From: Candidatus Latescibacterota bacterium
GTDB lineage: Bacteria > Latescibacterota > UBA2968 > UBA8231
Assembly: GCA_965261395.1 (NCBI GenBank)
Contig: OZ253462.1
Span: 4,384,001-4,448,000 of the forward strand
Direction of reading: 5' to 3'
DNA length: 64,000 bases
The position numbers and the translations under genes are program-made. Position 1 is the first letter of the stretch. The number at the start of each line of letters is the position of its first letter. Positions 17,118-28,117 of this stretch are shown here, piece by piece. The notes under the pieces were generated by a model. It made no database searches. It was not told where the DNA came from and saw only the letters and a program-made list of their open reading frames with translations.

Positions 17118-19556
17118 TTAGTAGGCTACCTCGACAACCCGCAGTTCAATGGCGTCGCCGGAGTCCGCGTTTACGTCTATGCGCCAGAGATAGATGCCCG
17201 GAGGCACGATCGCCCCGGCGGCGTCTTGGCCATCCCACCTAAAGCGGCGGGTTGGCCCCTCTGCCACCGACATCAATTGGGTCACTGGCCGGCCGACCAA
17301 ATCGCGCACCTCAACCATGGGCACGGCATCTTGGGCCTTGAAGACGACAAAGCTCAGTTCCACAGCATCGTTGATTCCATCGCCATTGGGCGTGAGCACC
17401 CGGCTCGAAAGCTGCAAGTCGCTAATCAAGCGCTTGCTGTCGGCCAACTCGGGCAGCAGTACCACGTTAGACCGGCGCTCGGCCGGCTCGACGTCTTGCC
17501 ACAGGTCGGGCGTGTCGCTCAGGCCCAGATCGGCTTCTACAACCGCGGCGTTTCGCACCAGCCGAGTGGTGAAAGAGACCTGCACGGAGTCGCCTTGAAC
17601 CACCTGCGGCAAGTCGATCAGCAGCGAATCCGCTACAATGTCCATAGCAGCCGGCACGACCGCCTGACCGGCGACCATCACCTCGACCTCATCGACCCGT
17701 ACCAGATCGGGCACAACCAAACGCAGGCGGTCAAAACCCGTGTTTTCTGGAACCACGGACGGCCATAGCATATAGGTGAAACGGGTGTCCTCGTTGGGCT
17801 TGGCTTGGCGCGGCAGAATCGACCCGTGTGCCTCGTAGACCAGCGCATCGACGAACTCCAACTCGACCGAGCGCACCGTGGGAGCCACCTCCGGGTCTTC
17901 CGTGCTCATAACTAGCTCTAGCTGGACGAACTTGCGCGGCGAGTCCGACTTAAAAGGCTCGCCCGACAGCTTGTACACGTTGCTCCACTCGCTCCACTCC
18001 TCCCCGACGACGACCGAGGTGTCCACTCGGCCTCGCAGCACCTTGGGCGAGCTGTTCCACTTCTCCTCGGTGACCACCTCGCCGATCTTGTTGTGAAAGG
18101 TGTACACCTCGCCCATCTCGTTGCCCGAGCGGGAGCGCAGCTCGATCTGGGTATTGGGCGGCAGGTCGGCGTCGTAGTGGAGGGCCTTGATCACCTTGGG
18201 CTGCCCGTCGCCAGCGAGCGCACTCAGGTCCAAAAAATTCGATTGAATGACGACTTCGGCTGGGTAGCCCGGGGAGAACATCTGTAGCTCCATGGGATGG
18301 GCGCGCCAGCCCAAGTCGTGCAGAGCCAGCCAGAAGATGTGCCGCACCTTGCGAGGATTGAACAAATAGCGGTAATGCCGCTTGTATTGCTCGCGGGCAT
18401 TGGTCCACTCCGGTTCAAAAATCCACATATCAAAGTCGATGTCGCCGGACAGGGTCTTGGTCCCGTCGGAAGAGAAAAAGGTGTACCCCGTGCCGGCGTT
18501 GTTGGTCCCCAAGCGGAAGTCAGCGAGGCGTTCGCCGGCCTTTTGCCAATAGACAAACGCGTCGTCAACCCAATAGGTCGCTCCCAGATCCACCTGCCAC
18601 CACAAGCCCCCTTCCAAGGCCGTGCCGCGCGACTCGGTAAACTGCTGATGCACCTCGATAACCCCGTACGTATTGAGGTTGCCGTCGAGCCAAAAGAAGG
18701 GGTCGGGCGCCCGCGATCCATTGACGTACGTACCGCCCTTTGCCTCGACTCCAAGGCTGAGGTTGTCGCCAGCGGCAATGACCTCGATCTCGGCGAGCGC
18801 ACCGTCGAGCTGGTGCTCATCGACGAGGAAGCGAATGAACTGGATCATCTGCCACTCGGAGTTGGCAGCCACCCGCGAATCCACTTGGCCGGTGGTGTTG
18901 GCCTTGAATCTGAATAAGTCCACGGTAAAATCGTCGAGACCGCCGACATCGCTCAGTTGCTCCACGGCGCGGGTGGTATCCTCCACCGCCGGCTTGAACC
19001 CAAAGCTGAGGTACGTATCTAGGTTGGGCTTGGTCGTGCGATAGATCGGTGCGAAGCGATATACGTCCTCTAAAGCTGCCACGTGGGCACCCGTAGAGGC
19101 GAAGACGCTGAACTGGCGGAAGGGCCTAGCCCCTTCTTCGTCGGGAAAGTGGATGCGAATTTCTTTGGCCAATACTGCGCGGCCCAAGTCGATTTGCACG
19201 ATCCACTTATCGAGCGGGTCGCCGCCAGCCGGCTGCCAAAAGGTAGCGGCATCCCCGTCGATGATCCGGGGAGCGTCGCCTGGATTGCTCAGCGCGGACC
19301 AGATGCCGCCGGCCACCTCCCCGCGCTCATTCGTCGGGTGGACGAAGAGAGGGGCATCGAGCACGGCGTTGATGTCCTTGCGAAACTTGACCAGCCCCAA
19401 GTGCCCCTGCGGGGTAAAGATGTTTAATTGCGGCTTGGGCGACCAGTTAGCCTCCCAAGCTGCTTGGCTGTCGAAGGTGAGGAACTCGGCGCGTGCGTGG
19501 CAGGCGAGTAGCAATGCTAAGGCGATGGCGCAGTTGTACATGAGTGCCTCCCTCAA
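17118..19556 (-). CDS. Secreted discoidin-like + FlgD-Ig domain protein (paralog of 14749-17100)
   Basis: Signal peptide; IDGDAATFW/QIDLG; GFDRLR; LTPNGDGIND...PGIY...VAY; start may be the second Met (MYNC). Confidence 0.8.
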   Translation of the reverse strand: MREALMYNCAIALALLLACHARAEFLTFDSQAAWEANWSPKPQLNIFTPQGHLGLVKFRKDINAVLDAPLFVHPTNERGEVAGGIWSALSNPGDAPRIIDGDAATFWQPAGGDPLDKWIVQIDLGRAVLAKEIRIHFPDEEGARPFRQFSVFASTGAHVAALEDVYRFAPIYRTTKPNLDTYLSFGFKPAVEDTTRAVEQLSDVGGLDDFTVDLFRFKANTTGQVDSRVAANSEWQMIQFIRFLVDEHQLDGALAEIEVIAAGDNLSLGVEAKGGTYVNGSRAPDPFFWLDGNLNTYGVIEVHQQFTESRGTALEGGLWWQVDLGATYWVDDAFVYWQKAGERLADFRLGTNNAGTGYTFFSSDGTKTLSGDIDFDMWIFEPEWTNAREQYKRHYRYLFNPRKVRHIFWLALHDLGWRAHPMELQMFSPGYPAEVVIQSNFLDLSALAGDGQPKVIKALHYDADLPPNTQIELRSRSGNEMGEVYTFHNKIGEVVTEEKWNSSPKVLRGRVDTSVVVGEEWSEWSNVYKLSGEPFKSDSPRKFVQLELVMSTEDPEVAPTVRSVELEFVDALVYEAHGSILPRQAKPNEDTRFTYMLWPSVVPENTGFDRLRLVVPDLVRVDEVEVMVAGQAVVPAAMDIVADSLLIDLPQVVQGDSVQVSFTTRLVRNAAVVEADLGLSDTPDLWQDVEPAERRSNVVLLPELADSKRLISDLQLSSRVLTPNGDGINDAVELSFVVFKAQDAVPMVEVRDLVGRPVTQLMSVAEGPTRRFRWDGQDAAGAIVPPGIYLWRIDVNADSGDAIELRVVEVAY

Positions 19557-21598
19557 TAGGCGAGGTTAATGGGCCGAAGCTGTAGGGCGCTCTTATTTTC
19601 GGCCTCGATGCCGATGCCCAAAAGGTACAGGCCCGGGGTGAGTGTCTCTCCGCGCTGGTCGCGGCCGTCCCAGTGCAATTGCTGAGGACCAGACCCTTGC
19701 TGACCGCGCTGGACTTGAGCCACCCGGCGGCCGTCCAGCGAGAACACCTGTAGCTGCACCGGCACCGATTGCGGTAGCGCGAAGAGCGAGTAAGAAACGA
19801 CCAGCTCGTCGTTGACCCCGTCGCCGTTGGGGGTGATCACGCCGCTGGAGAACCGCACATCCTGCACTAACTGCGGATTGGCCGCGCTCGCAGCCAAGAC
19901 CCGCAGGCTATTAGTGCCGATCTCATCGCTGACGTCCCCGTCCTCGACTGGCTGCGGCAGGTCCGCGCTGCCGGTGTTGAAGACCTCGCCTTCAAAAGTG
20001 CGCGCAAAGTCGAAGACCTCGGCGGCAAAGGTCACCCGCAAGCTCGGGTTGTAGGCACTGCTTATGCGCTGCGGTAGCAGCACGACAAAGCCATCGTCCG
20101 CAACCTCGACCCCAGCCGGGTCGGTTGCGACCCCATCCACTTCCAGCCCCTTGAACTCGGTCTGAGTGCTACCGGTGCTAATCCGCAGGGCGTCAAAACC
20201 CACCTCCCCAGCCGCGAACTCCGCCTTGATGTCGTAGGTGAAGTCCGTCATCGCACCCAAGGTGACCTCGGTCACGCCGCGCGCTGGATTGGGCTGGCCG
20301 AGCTGGGCTATCTCAGCTACGACGCGGCTGGCCAAGATCGGCGAGGTCTCAATCCACAGGGAATCGAGGCGTACGAACTCGTCGAACCGCTCGCTGTGCA
20401 GCACCAGCTTGACCTGCAAATACGACCCTCGGTTGAGGTTGAGGGGCTGATCGGATTCGGTCGTTGGAAAGGCCCAGAACGTCCAATTTTGTTGGTCGTA
20501 CTCAATGCCGGCGCGGAGCCCTGGCTTGGGCCGCGTGGAAAGGGTCAGGGTTCCGCCTAGTCCGTCGGCATTAGTAACAGACGAGCTCTGGTTTTTCAGT
20601 ACGCCCTGATAGCGGGCTTGCTCGACGATGACGCGCGTCCCCATATCCGTGAACTCGTAGTAGATGTCCGGATTTGAGTCGATACCAGTGCGTGCTTCAA
20701 TCTCGATCTGCACGTTGGCGTCCGGGGCTTCCTCGGCCACGCCGTCGACTAGGCGCATGGGTGTGGCCTTCCAGAACAGCCGACCGAAGTTGACGACCGT
20801 GCCGAGGTCGAAAATGACCGTCTTGTACGTGGCCCGCTTGGGGATTCCCTCTCCCCAGAGAAAGAACTCGGCCAACGTCCCCTTGCGCGCCGTGCCCGAA
20901 TGCCCCAACGACTGATTCGTTGCCTCGTCGAGGATCGAACTCTTGCGCTTGTAGCGCACGTAGCGCACGTATTGCAGGGGAAAATCAGCCGCGATCTTGG
21001 AAATGACATTCTCGCGCGCCTCGGCAATGATTTCGCCGATGGGGTTAGACGTGTTCAGCACGTCGTTGTTGGTGTCCGCGGCGATCGACACCTCAAAAGC
21101 TGGGATGGCATCTTCTTCTAGCGGGGTCCCATCTGAGCGGTAGAACCCCTTGTCCGGCGTACTCATGGCAAAGCGAAACAGCGGCACCGGCACCCCCAGA
21201 TCAATGGTGTAGTACTCGCTGTCAATGCTGTTGCTGGTCACCGGATTGTACGTCGCGCCGCTGCCGTCGATGAGGTTGAGCGCATTGTCAACCGTCGACG
21301 AGGTCCCGGCCCCGCCCTTCCAAGCGCGGGGCCGCTCCCCATCGATAAAACCCAACTCGTCTGGATTCTTTTTCGGCGACCAGTTGTCGAGCAGGGGAAA
21401 GACCGTCGTATCCGTGCTGACCAGCACCGGCTGGATCGAGTTGTTCGGGTCGGCAAAGTCGATCATTACTTGGGCCGAGTCGCCATCGGCCCAGCGGAGG
21501 CCGCTCCCGCCGATCTGCCACAAAGAAATGTCCGCCGCCGCGCTCGTAGCCGATGCTGCGACGAGGAACCAAAGCCACAAATTCGCTAGACGTTTCAT
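19553..21598 (-). CDS. Secreted FlgD-Ig domain protein
   Basis: Signal peptide; YTIDLG; GFDALRI; ITPNGDGVND...WDGRD...PGLY...LAY. Confidence 0.8.
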   Translation of the reverse strand: MKRLANLWLWFLVAASATSAAADISLWQIGGSGLRWADGDSAQVMIDFADPNNSIQPVLVSTDTTVFPLLDNWSPKKNPDELGFIDGERPRAWKGGAGTSSTVDNALNLIDGSGATYNPVTSNSIDSEYYTIDLGVPVPLFRFAMSTPDKGFYRSDGTPLEEDAIPAFEVSIAADTNNDVLNTSNPIGEIIAEARENVISKIAADFPLQYVRYVRYKRKSSILDEATNQSLGHSGTARKGTLAEFFLWGEGIPKRATYKTVIFDLGTVVNFGRLFWKATPMRLVDGVAEEAPDANVQIEIEARTGIDSNPDIYYEFTDMGTRVIVEQARYQGVLKNQSSSVTNADGLGGTLTLSTRPKPGLRAGIEYDQQNWTFWAFPTTESDQPLNLNRGSYLQVKLVLHSERFDEFVRLDSLWIETSPILASRVVAEIAQLGQPNPARGVTEVTLGAMTDFTYDIKAEFAAGEVGFDALRISTGSTQTEFKGLEVDGVATDPAGVEVADDGFVVLLPQRISSAYNPSLRVTFAAEVFDFARTFEGEVFNTGSADLPQPVEDGDVSDEIGTNSLRVLAASAANPQLVQDVRFSSGVITPNGDGVNDELVVSYSLFALPQSVPVQLQVFSLDGRRVAQVQRGQQGSGPQQLHWDGRDQRGETLTPGLYLLGIGIEAENKSALQLRPINLAY

Positions 21599-21640
21599 AA
21601 TTTCTTCTCCCGCTAGACCAATAGTATAGTATAAAAAAAA

Positions 21641-23410
21641 TTACGGCGGCGCTGTTTTCTCTTTATCAGCATTGGCGAGCGCGTACTTTTCGAGCACATC
21701 GCCGTTGATGCCCCATGCACTGCGCCACTTGTTCCGCAACTGGAGGTTGAGGTCGCGCAATTCGCGCTGCTGCTTTTCTTGGCGGGCCAAGTAGTGGGCC
21801 TTCTGTTGGATCAAGTCGTATTCTTGCACTCGCTTGGGCCGACGCTGCAAGACTTTGAAGATCGAAAAGGCCCTTTCCAAAAGCTGGAGATCGCGCAGGG
21901 TAGACGGCAAGGGACTGACCAGTTCAATCGGACCTTGCAATTCCCTTTCGGGCGCGGCAATGGCCGCGTCCATCAGCTCCTTGTAAACGATCTTTTCAAA
22001 TGCACGCAGTGCGTAAAGGCCGCCGTTTTCGTCCGCGTCGCGCCGGATGCTGTGTTTGGTCGCCAGGGCACCCATATCGGCCCCGTTGCGAATTTGCTCC
22101 AACAGCTCTTGGGCGAGCGACTCGTCGGCGACCATGATTTCTTGGACGACGATTTCCTCCGGCACCCAGTACATCTCTGGATGTGCCTCGTAGTGGGCAC
22201 GCGCTTCCTCTTCGCTCTCCGCTAGGGCACCTTGGAGCAGCTCTTCCCACAGCCCTTGGAGTAGCAGCCGCTCCTTTTCGGCTCGCACCTTCTCCTGCAC
22301 CTCGGGCCGCTCGGCGTATCCACCGCGCTCGGCTGCCACGCCCAAAAGTAGGTCCGGTGCCCCACGACGGCGGATTCGGTCGTCGAGCAAGGCGCTGTCG
22401 ATTTGGGCGCGGCCCAGCCGCGTATTGTGCAGCAAATAGCTGCTCTGCTGCATGGTGATGACGCCGCTATCGTATTCGTAGAGCGGGGCGGCCCACTCCT
22501 CGGGCGTTAGCTGCGGTGCGCCAGGCTGTTCGTTCCAAGCCGCGACAAAGCGCCGCACGTGTTCCCCCACCGGGCGCAAGCCACTCTCGACGACCAGTTC
22601 GGCGATGTGGTCGCTGCGCAAGTTCTCGATTTTTTCGAGGAAGGTCACCCGCTGAATCACCGAGCGATACTTCTCAAAAGGCACCAATTTCTTATCGACG
22701 ACCTTGGCAATCTCCCAGCCTTGGGGCGTGCGGAAGGGCTGGCTGACCTCGCCTGTATCCAACGAGAACACGCGATCGTACACTCGATCTGAGACCCGGT
22801 CGAAGGCATAGTACGCGGCAAACCAGCCCCCATCAGCCGCGGTCGCCTCGTCCAGCGAGTGCTGGCGCGCCATGTCCTCAAAGGTGGCCCGACCGGCCTC
22901 AATCTCCGCGTAGATGGAATCAGCGCGAGCGCGGCTGTCGAGCAGAATGTGCGCACCGCGCACGGCGTGGCGGGCCGGATGCGCATCAAAGGTGGCCCGC
23001 AGCTCGTCTTCGGAAATCTCGATTTGCAGGCCGACCTGCTCGCGTATATAGGCTTCGACCATGGCCTTGTGCCGGGCTAGGTCCACGGCCTTGATCCACT
23101 CGGGATTTTTGTCTAACCCCCGCTCATACGCCTCGCGCACCATGAGCTTGATGTCGATCAGAGTTAGCAGGTGCTCGCGGTGCTTTTCCACGCCCTGTGC
23201 TAGCGAGCGGTGCTGAGATTGAATCCGGGCTTCGTAGCGGCGGAATTCGCGCTCGTCGATTGGGTCGTCGCCGACTTGCGCCAAGGCGGTGCCCGGCACC
23301 GTTAAACCGCCCCCCTCTATGGCTGGGGTCGGGTCCGCCGGCTCTTGGGCACAACAAAAAAGGAACGAGCAGGCCATAAGCCCCGCCCATTTTCTCGCGT
23401 TATTGGTCAT
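21641..23410 (-). CDS. Parvulin-type peptidyl-prolyl isomerase (PrsA/SurA-like lipoprotein, two rotamase domains)
   Basis: GAHILL, FEDMARQHSLD, GEVSQPFRTPQGWEI; second domain QEIMV...MGALATKHS. Confidence 0.82.
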   Translation of the reverse strand: MTNNARKWAGLMACSFLFCCAQEPADPTPAIEGGGLTVPGTALAQVGDDPIDEREFRRYEARIQSQHRSLAQGVEKHREHLLTLIDIKLMVREAYERGLDKNPEWIKAVDLARHKAMVEAYIREQVGLQIEISEDELRATFDAHPARHAVRGAHILLDSRARADSIYAEIEAGRATFEDMARQHSLDEATAADGGWFAAYYAFDRVSDRVYDRVFSLDTGEVSQPFRTPQGWEIAKVVDKKLVPFEKYRSVIQRVTFLEKIENLRSDHIAELVVESGLRPVGEHVRRFVAAWNEQPGAPQLTPEEWAAPLYEYDSGVITMQQSSYLLHNTRLGRAQIDSALLDDRIRRRGAPDLLLGVAAERGGYAERPEVQEKVRAEKERLLLQGLWEELLQGALAESEEEARAHYEAHPEMYWVPEEIVVQEIMVADESLAQELLEQIRNGADMGALATKHSIRRDADENGGLYALRAFEKIVYKELMDAAIAAPERELQGPIELVSPLPSTLRDLQLLERAFSIFKVLQRRPKRVQEYDLIQQKAHYLARQEKQQRELRDLNLQLRNKWRSAWGINGDVLEKYALANADKEKTAPP

Positions 23411-24788
23411 CTTTTTGCTTTCTAATCAAGGCGTCGGCTATGCGTTTGTGTTCCTCGCTTTTGGCGATCTGCCCCAGCCGCTTGTAGGCCTCGGCCAGGG
23501 CTTGGTGGGCACCAAGCCAGTTTTCGTCGAGCGCGAGGGCCCGGTTGAGCATGGCGATGGCCTCATCCGTGCGCTGCTGGTTAAAATAAACCTGCCCGAG
23601 CGCGGCAAAAGCGGCTACGTGCTCGGGATTTTGCTGGATAATCTGCTGATAGGCTGCCGCCGCTTGGTCGAAATGGCCGGAGCGCAAGTAGATATTGCCC
23701 ATGTTGTTCAGCGCCCGCACGTGCGCGGGATTGATCCGCGCGGCTTGGGCGTAGTGCGGCAAGGCCACGCCGGTAAACCCCAGGCGGTTGTATATAAACC
23801 CCAAGCTGTAATGGGCTTCGGCATCGTCTGGATCGCTGCGCAGCCGCTCGCGGTAGCGCTGGATATCCCCCTCGACCTGCTTGATCTTTTCGTAGGCGGC
23901 GAGGGATTTTTCTCCGGCTGCCTCGCGGCCCTGCCGCAGGTGGATCTGACCCAATAGACGGAAGGACTCGGCAAGCCCGGGTTCAATTAGGATAGCCCGG
24001 CGGAAGCGGTCGGCCGCAGTCGCTAGGTCGTTTTGGCGCATCTGGATCCTCCCCAGTTGCAGATGCGCCTCCGCGTAGGTGGTGTCGGCCGCCAGCGTGC
24101 GCTCGAAGTACTCGGTCGCCCCGTCGTCGTTGTCCTCTTGCAGCCGGATCTCTCCCATTGCGTAGAGCGCGCGCGCATTCTGCGGCGCTGCCACCAAGAC
24201 CTGTTGCAGGGCCTCGCTGGCATCTGCATAGCGGCCCAAGCCGGAGTACACTAGCCCGAGGTTGAAGCGGGTGTGGAGGTGCTCGGGCCGCAGTGCCAAG
24301 GCGCGCTCATATTCGTGGGCGGCGTCGCCCAGCCGCCCCTGCTTGCTGTACACTGCCGCCTTGTTGCGCCGCGCTGGTGCGTACGTCGAGTCCAAGGCCA
24401 AGGCCGCGGCAAACGCGTCGTGGGCCTCGTCGTAGCGGCTCAGCTTCAGATGCACATTGCCCAAGGCGACGAGCCATTCGGGTTGGTCGGATTCGAGGGC
24501 CACGGCCATTTCGTAGAATTGGGTCGCCTCTTCGGGTTGGCCCAAGGCCAAGTGAATCCGACCTAGCGTAGCTAGCACCTCGCCCGACTGCGGATGGCGC
24601 TTGCGCGCTTCCCCGTATACCGCCAGCGCGTCCGCGTAGCGCTTCTGCCGCAATAGGGCACGCCCGACCAGCAGTGGATCCTCCACCGGAGGTGCCTGCA
24701 CTGCGGGTTGGGCAGGCGGGGCTTCCGGCTCGGTCTCGCAGCCGACTGACAGCACCCCGCACAGCGCTAATGACACCCATTTAATCAC
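23400..24788 (-). CDS. TPR-repeat lipoprotein
   Basis: VLSVGC lipobox; more than 10 TPR motifs. Confidence 0.88.
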   Translation of the reverse strand: MIKWVSLALCGVLSVGCETEPEAPPAQPAVQAPPVEDPLLVGRALLRQKRYADALAVYGEARKRHPQSGEVLATLGRIHLALGQPEEATQFYEMAVALESDQPEWLVALGNVHLKLSRYDEAHDAFAAALALDSTYAPARRNKAAVYSKQGRLGDAAHEYERALALRPEHLHTRFNLGLVYSGLGRYADASEALQQVLVAAPQNARALYAMGEIRLQEDNDDGATEYFERTLAADTTYAEAHLQLGRIQMRQNDLATAADRFRRAILIEPGLAESFRLLGQIHLRQGREAAGEKSLAAYEKIKQVEGDIQRYRERLRSDPDDAEAHYSLGFIYNRLGFTGVALPHYAQAARINPAHVRALNNMGNIYLRSGHFDQAAAAYQQIIQQNPEHVAAFAALGQVYFNQQRTDEAIAMLNRALALDENWLGAHQALAEAYKRLGQIAKSEEHKRIADALIRKQKDDQ

Positions 24789-26422
24789 TGACTAGTACCC
24801 TCCTCTATGGCCACGTATTGCCGTCCGGGCAGGGCCTCCACGACTTGGACGACACCGGACGGCCAACGAATCTCAACTCGCTCGGCAACCTCGGCGTTCC
24901 CGAGGCCAAAGAGCACATGGGGGTCGTTCGACGACAGATAGCTCGCACTGCGGCGGACCTCGCGCACGAGGGTGCGACCGCCGGTCGTCAGCGCGACCCG
25001 CGCACCAATGGCGTCGCGGTTGCTCGCCGTGCCCCGCAACCTAAGCCCCAACCACCCGCTGGCCTCGGTGTCGTTGCGCAACAGGGCTGGCCGGTCGTTG
25101 GAGTTATTCACCGCAATATCTAAGTCGCCGTCGCTGTCGATGTCGCCGAAGGCGGCCCCGCGACTGACCTGTACCAGCGCGAGGCCCGGGCCGCGGTCGC
25201 CGCGCTCTACAAAAGTACCCGCGCCGGCGTTTTCGAGTAGCTGATTGCGCTGCGCGTACTCAGCCGCCCGATCAACCTTTTCCACGTTGTCGTACACGTG
25301 ACCATTGGCGACGAACAGGTCGAGATCGCCATCGTTGTCGCAGTCGAAAAACCCCGTGCCAAACCCGAGAAAGGCCATGCTGGCGCGGGTGATGCCCGAC
25401 GCTACGGTCGCATCCGCAAAAAACCCGCCGCCCAAGTTGCTGTACAGGGTATTGCTCTCCCACTGGAAGTTGGTCACGAACAAATCCAAGTCCCCGTCGC
25501 CGTCTGCATCGGCCATGTCAACGCCCATCCCAGCCTCGACAGCCCCCTCGTCGTTGAGGCTGGTGCCGCTGGCAAGCCCCCGATTGACAAAGCGCGCGCC
25601 GTCGTTGCGGTAGAGCATGTTGGGCACGAGGTCGTTGGCCAGGTACAAGTCAGGATCGCCATCTTGGTCGTAGTCGCCAAAGACGACCCCTAACTCCTTG
25701 CCGGCCGTGCTGGCGAGGCCGAAGGCCGCCGTGCGGTCGGCAAAAGCCCAACCACCCGCGTGGCCCTCGTTGATATAGAGGCGATCAACCTGGCCGTCGA
25801 ACTTGCGCGGGTCGCAGTAGAGCCGCTCCTCGCTGTTGCCAATCCGGCACACGAGCGGATCCTCGGTCGGGTAGTCGAGGTAGTTGCCGACGAATAGATC
25901 CAAATCCCCATCGAGATCCACATCGGCAAAGGCCGCGCTCGTTCCCCACCCTGGGCAGCCAACGTCGGCCGCGACCGTGACGTCGGCAAAGCGGCCCGTG
26001 CCCTCGTTGCGAAAGAGCGCGTTGGGCCCAAAATTGGTGACGTAGAGGTCGGCCCAGCCGTCGTTGTCGTAGTCGCCGACGGCCGCGCCCATGCCGTAGC
26101 CGTGATCGCCGACGCCGGTCCGCGCCGTCTGCTCTGAAAAGCGACCCGCGCCCTCGTTGCGAAAAAGCGCGTTGGCCGCTTCGGGCGCGTTTGATAGCTC
26201 GGGCAACCGCCCGGAATTGACCAAATAGAGATCGAGTGCGCCATCGCCGTCAAAATCCAAAAACGCGGCCCCAGAGCCATAGGTCTCGGGCAAATAGCGC
26301 GCACCGGCCGCGCCACTGCGATGGACGAAATCAACCCCAGCCGATTGCGCGATATCGACAAAGCGCGATTCCGCAGCGGCACTGCAACACAGCAGCAGGA
26401 CCATGCCGTAGTGCGCCTTCAC
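24785..26422 (-). CDS. CRTAC1-family FG-GAP + ASPIC/UnbV protein
   Basis: DFDGDGALDLY, DYDNDGWADLY repeats; SNRDAIGARV...SYLS...FGLG...WPSG. Confidence 0.9.
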   Translation of the reverse strand: MKAHYGMVLLLCCSAAAESRFVDIAQSAGVDFVHRSGAAGARYLPETYGSGAAFLDFDGDGALDLYLVNSGRLPELSNAPEAANALFRNEGAGRFSEQTARTGVGDHGYGMGAAVGDYDNDGWADLYVTNFGPNALFRNEGTGRFADVTVAADVGCPGWGTSAAFADVDLDGDLDLFVGNYLDYPTEDPLVCRIGNSEERLYCDPRKFDGQVDRLYINEGHAGGWAFADRTAAFGLASTAGKELGVVFGDYDQDGDPDLYLANDLVPNMLYRNDGARFVNRGLASGTSLNDEGAVEAGMGVDMADADGDGDLDLFVTNFQWESNTLYSNLGGGFFADATVASGITRASMAFLGFGTGFFDCDNDGDLDLFVANGHVYDNVEKVDRAAEYAQRNQLLENAGAGTFVERGDRGPGLALVQVSRGAAFGDIDSDGDLDIAVNNSNDRPALLRNDTEASGWLGLRLRGTASNRDAIGARVALTTGGRTLVREVRRSASYLSSNDPHVLFGLGNAEVAERVEIRWPSGVVQVVEALPGRQYVAIEEGTSQ

Positions 26423-28116
26423 GGCCCCAGCCTCGGCACCGGCCCAAACCCCTCGGTGAAAAGGCCTGCGCCGCGCCGGATGGTGATCAATCGGTTGCCC
26501 GCTACCCCGTCGATGCGCTCTTCCACCCCATCGGGCCAGCGCACCACGAGGTGGTCTGCCGCGGTCGCCTCCCCCAAGCCAAAGTGCAGCCGCAGGTCAT
26601 CCTGTGACAGGTACCCCGTGCCTGCGCGCACTTCCCGCATTTGCACCGCGCCGCCCACCGAGACCGCAACTCGCGCGCCAATGGCACCTGTATTGCCCCC
26701 GTCGGCGAGCAGCCTCACCATCAGATAGTTGTGGCGATTGCCCCCGTCGTTGCGCAGCAAGGTCGGCGTGTCGTCGATATTAACAATCACAATGTCCAAG
26801 TCGCCGTCGTTGTCCAAATCCCCGAAGGCTGAGCCACGGCTCGACTTCTCCACTGCTAGGCCTGGGCCCGCGGCTGCGCCAACCTCGATAAATGCGCCGT
26901 CGCGATTTTCAAACAGATGATTGCGCTGGGCGTAGCGGGTCCCCAAGTCGCGGCGGTCAACAGCCAGGTACACGTGGCCGTTGGCAACGAACAGGTCGTC
27001 GTCGCCGTCGTTGTCGTAATCGAAAAAACCCGTCCCCCACCCCAAGGAGCTGATGCTCGCGCGGCCGAGGGTCGAACTGAAACTGGCGTCGGTGAAAAAT
27101 CCCCGGCCATTGTTGTCGTAGAGCGAGTTGTTGTCGTGCGAAAAATTAGTGACGAACAGGTCGAAATCGCCGTCGCGATCGTAGTCGCCGGCCGCCAAGC
27201 CCATACCGCCCTGTTCGCGGCCGTCCTCGCTATACGCAGTCGCCGACAGGAGCGACACATCCGCAAACACACCCCGGTCGTTGCGGTAGAGCACATTCGG
27301 CGTCGAATCATTGGCAATGTAGATGTCCAAGTCGCCGTCCTCGTCCCAGTCGCCGGCCAGCGTAGCAAAGCCATAGTACTCGTGGTCGGCAATGCCAACC
27401 GCCGCACTCGCCTCGGCAAAGGCCCAATCCGCGCTGGGGCCGTCGTTGCGGTAAAACAAATCCCGCTCGCCAGGCATCCCGCGCGGGCCGCAGAATACGT
27501 CCAGTCCTCGCCAAGTGCAATAACTTGGATCGGCCGGGCGAAACGCCGGGTCAAAGTCGATGTAATTAGCCAAGTAGAAGTCCAAGTCGCCGTCGAGGTC
27601 GTAGTCGCCAAAGGCCGCAGACGAACTCCAACCGCCAAAATCCACGCCCCGTTCGGCAGCCACATCGACAAACGTGCCGTCGCCCTTGTTTTCGTATAGG
27701 GCATTGGGGCCGTAGTTTGCTAGATACAGATCGGGCCATCCGTCGGCATTGTAGTCGGCTGCGGTCGCTCCCATGCCCCAGCCTACATGGGCAACCCCAG
27801 CCTCTTGGCCAACGCCGGTAAAGCGCCAAGCGCCGTCATTGCGGTACAGCTCGGCGCGGGGTTCGCGGCCCGGGGCATACCCGGCGAGGCGCGTGCCGTT
27901 GACGATAAAAATATCCACGTCCCCGTCTAGGTCGTAGTCCAAAAGGGCCGTCCCGCCCGTGTTGCATTCGACGATGTGCTCTTTTTGCGGCGTCCCGGAT
28001 ACCGTGCGCAAGCGAACGCCCGCTTCGGCGGCCACATCGACGAAAAGGGGCCGGGCCTCCTCGCTCCCGCACCCTGCCAACGCCCAAATTGCGGCTGCGG
28101 CTAGTACAAACCGCAT
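26419..28116 (-). CDS. CRTAC1-family FG-GAP + ASPIC/UnbV lipoprotein
   Basis: LAGC lipobox; DYDLDGD repeats; AIGARV...GYLSQ...HFGLG...WPDG. Confidence 0.9.
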   Translation of the reverse strand: MRFVLAAAAIWALAGCGSEEARPLFVDVAAEAGVRLRTVSGTPQKEHIVECNTGGTALLDYDLDGDVDIFIVNGTRLAGYAPGREPRAELYRNDGAWRFTGVGQEAGVAHVGWGMGATAADYNADGWPDLYLANYGPNALYENKGDGTFVDVAAERGVDFGGWSSSAAFGDYDLDGDLDFYLANYIDFDPAFRPADPSYCTWRGLDVFCGPRGMPGERDLFYRNDGPSADWAFAEASAAVGIADHEYYGFATLAGDWDEDGDLDIYIANDSTPNVLYRNDRGVFADVSLLSATAYSEDGREQGGMGLAAGDYDRDGDFDLFVTNFSHDNNSLYDNNGRGFFTDASFSSTLGRASISSLGWGTGFFDYDNDGDDDLFVANGHVYLAVDRRDLGTRYAQRNHLFENRDGAFIEVGAAAGPGLAVEKSSRGSAFGDLDNDGDLDIVIVNIDDTPTLLRNDGGNRHNYLMVRLLADGGNTGAIGARVAVSVGGAVQMREVRAGTGYLSQDDLRLHFGLGEATAADHLVVRWPDGVEERIDGVAGNRLITIRRGAGLFTEGFGPVPRLGP

Positions 28117-28117
28117 T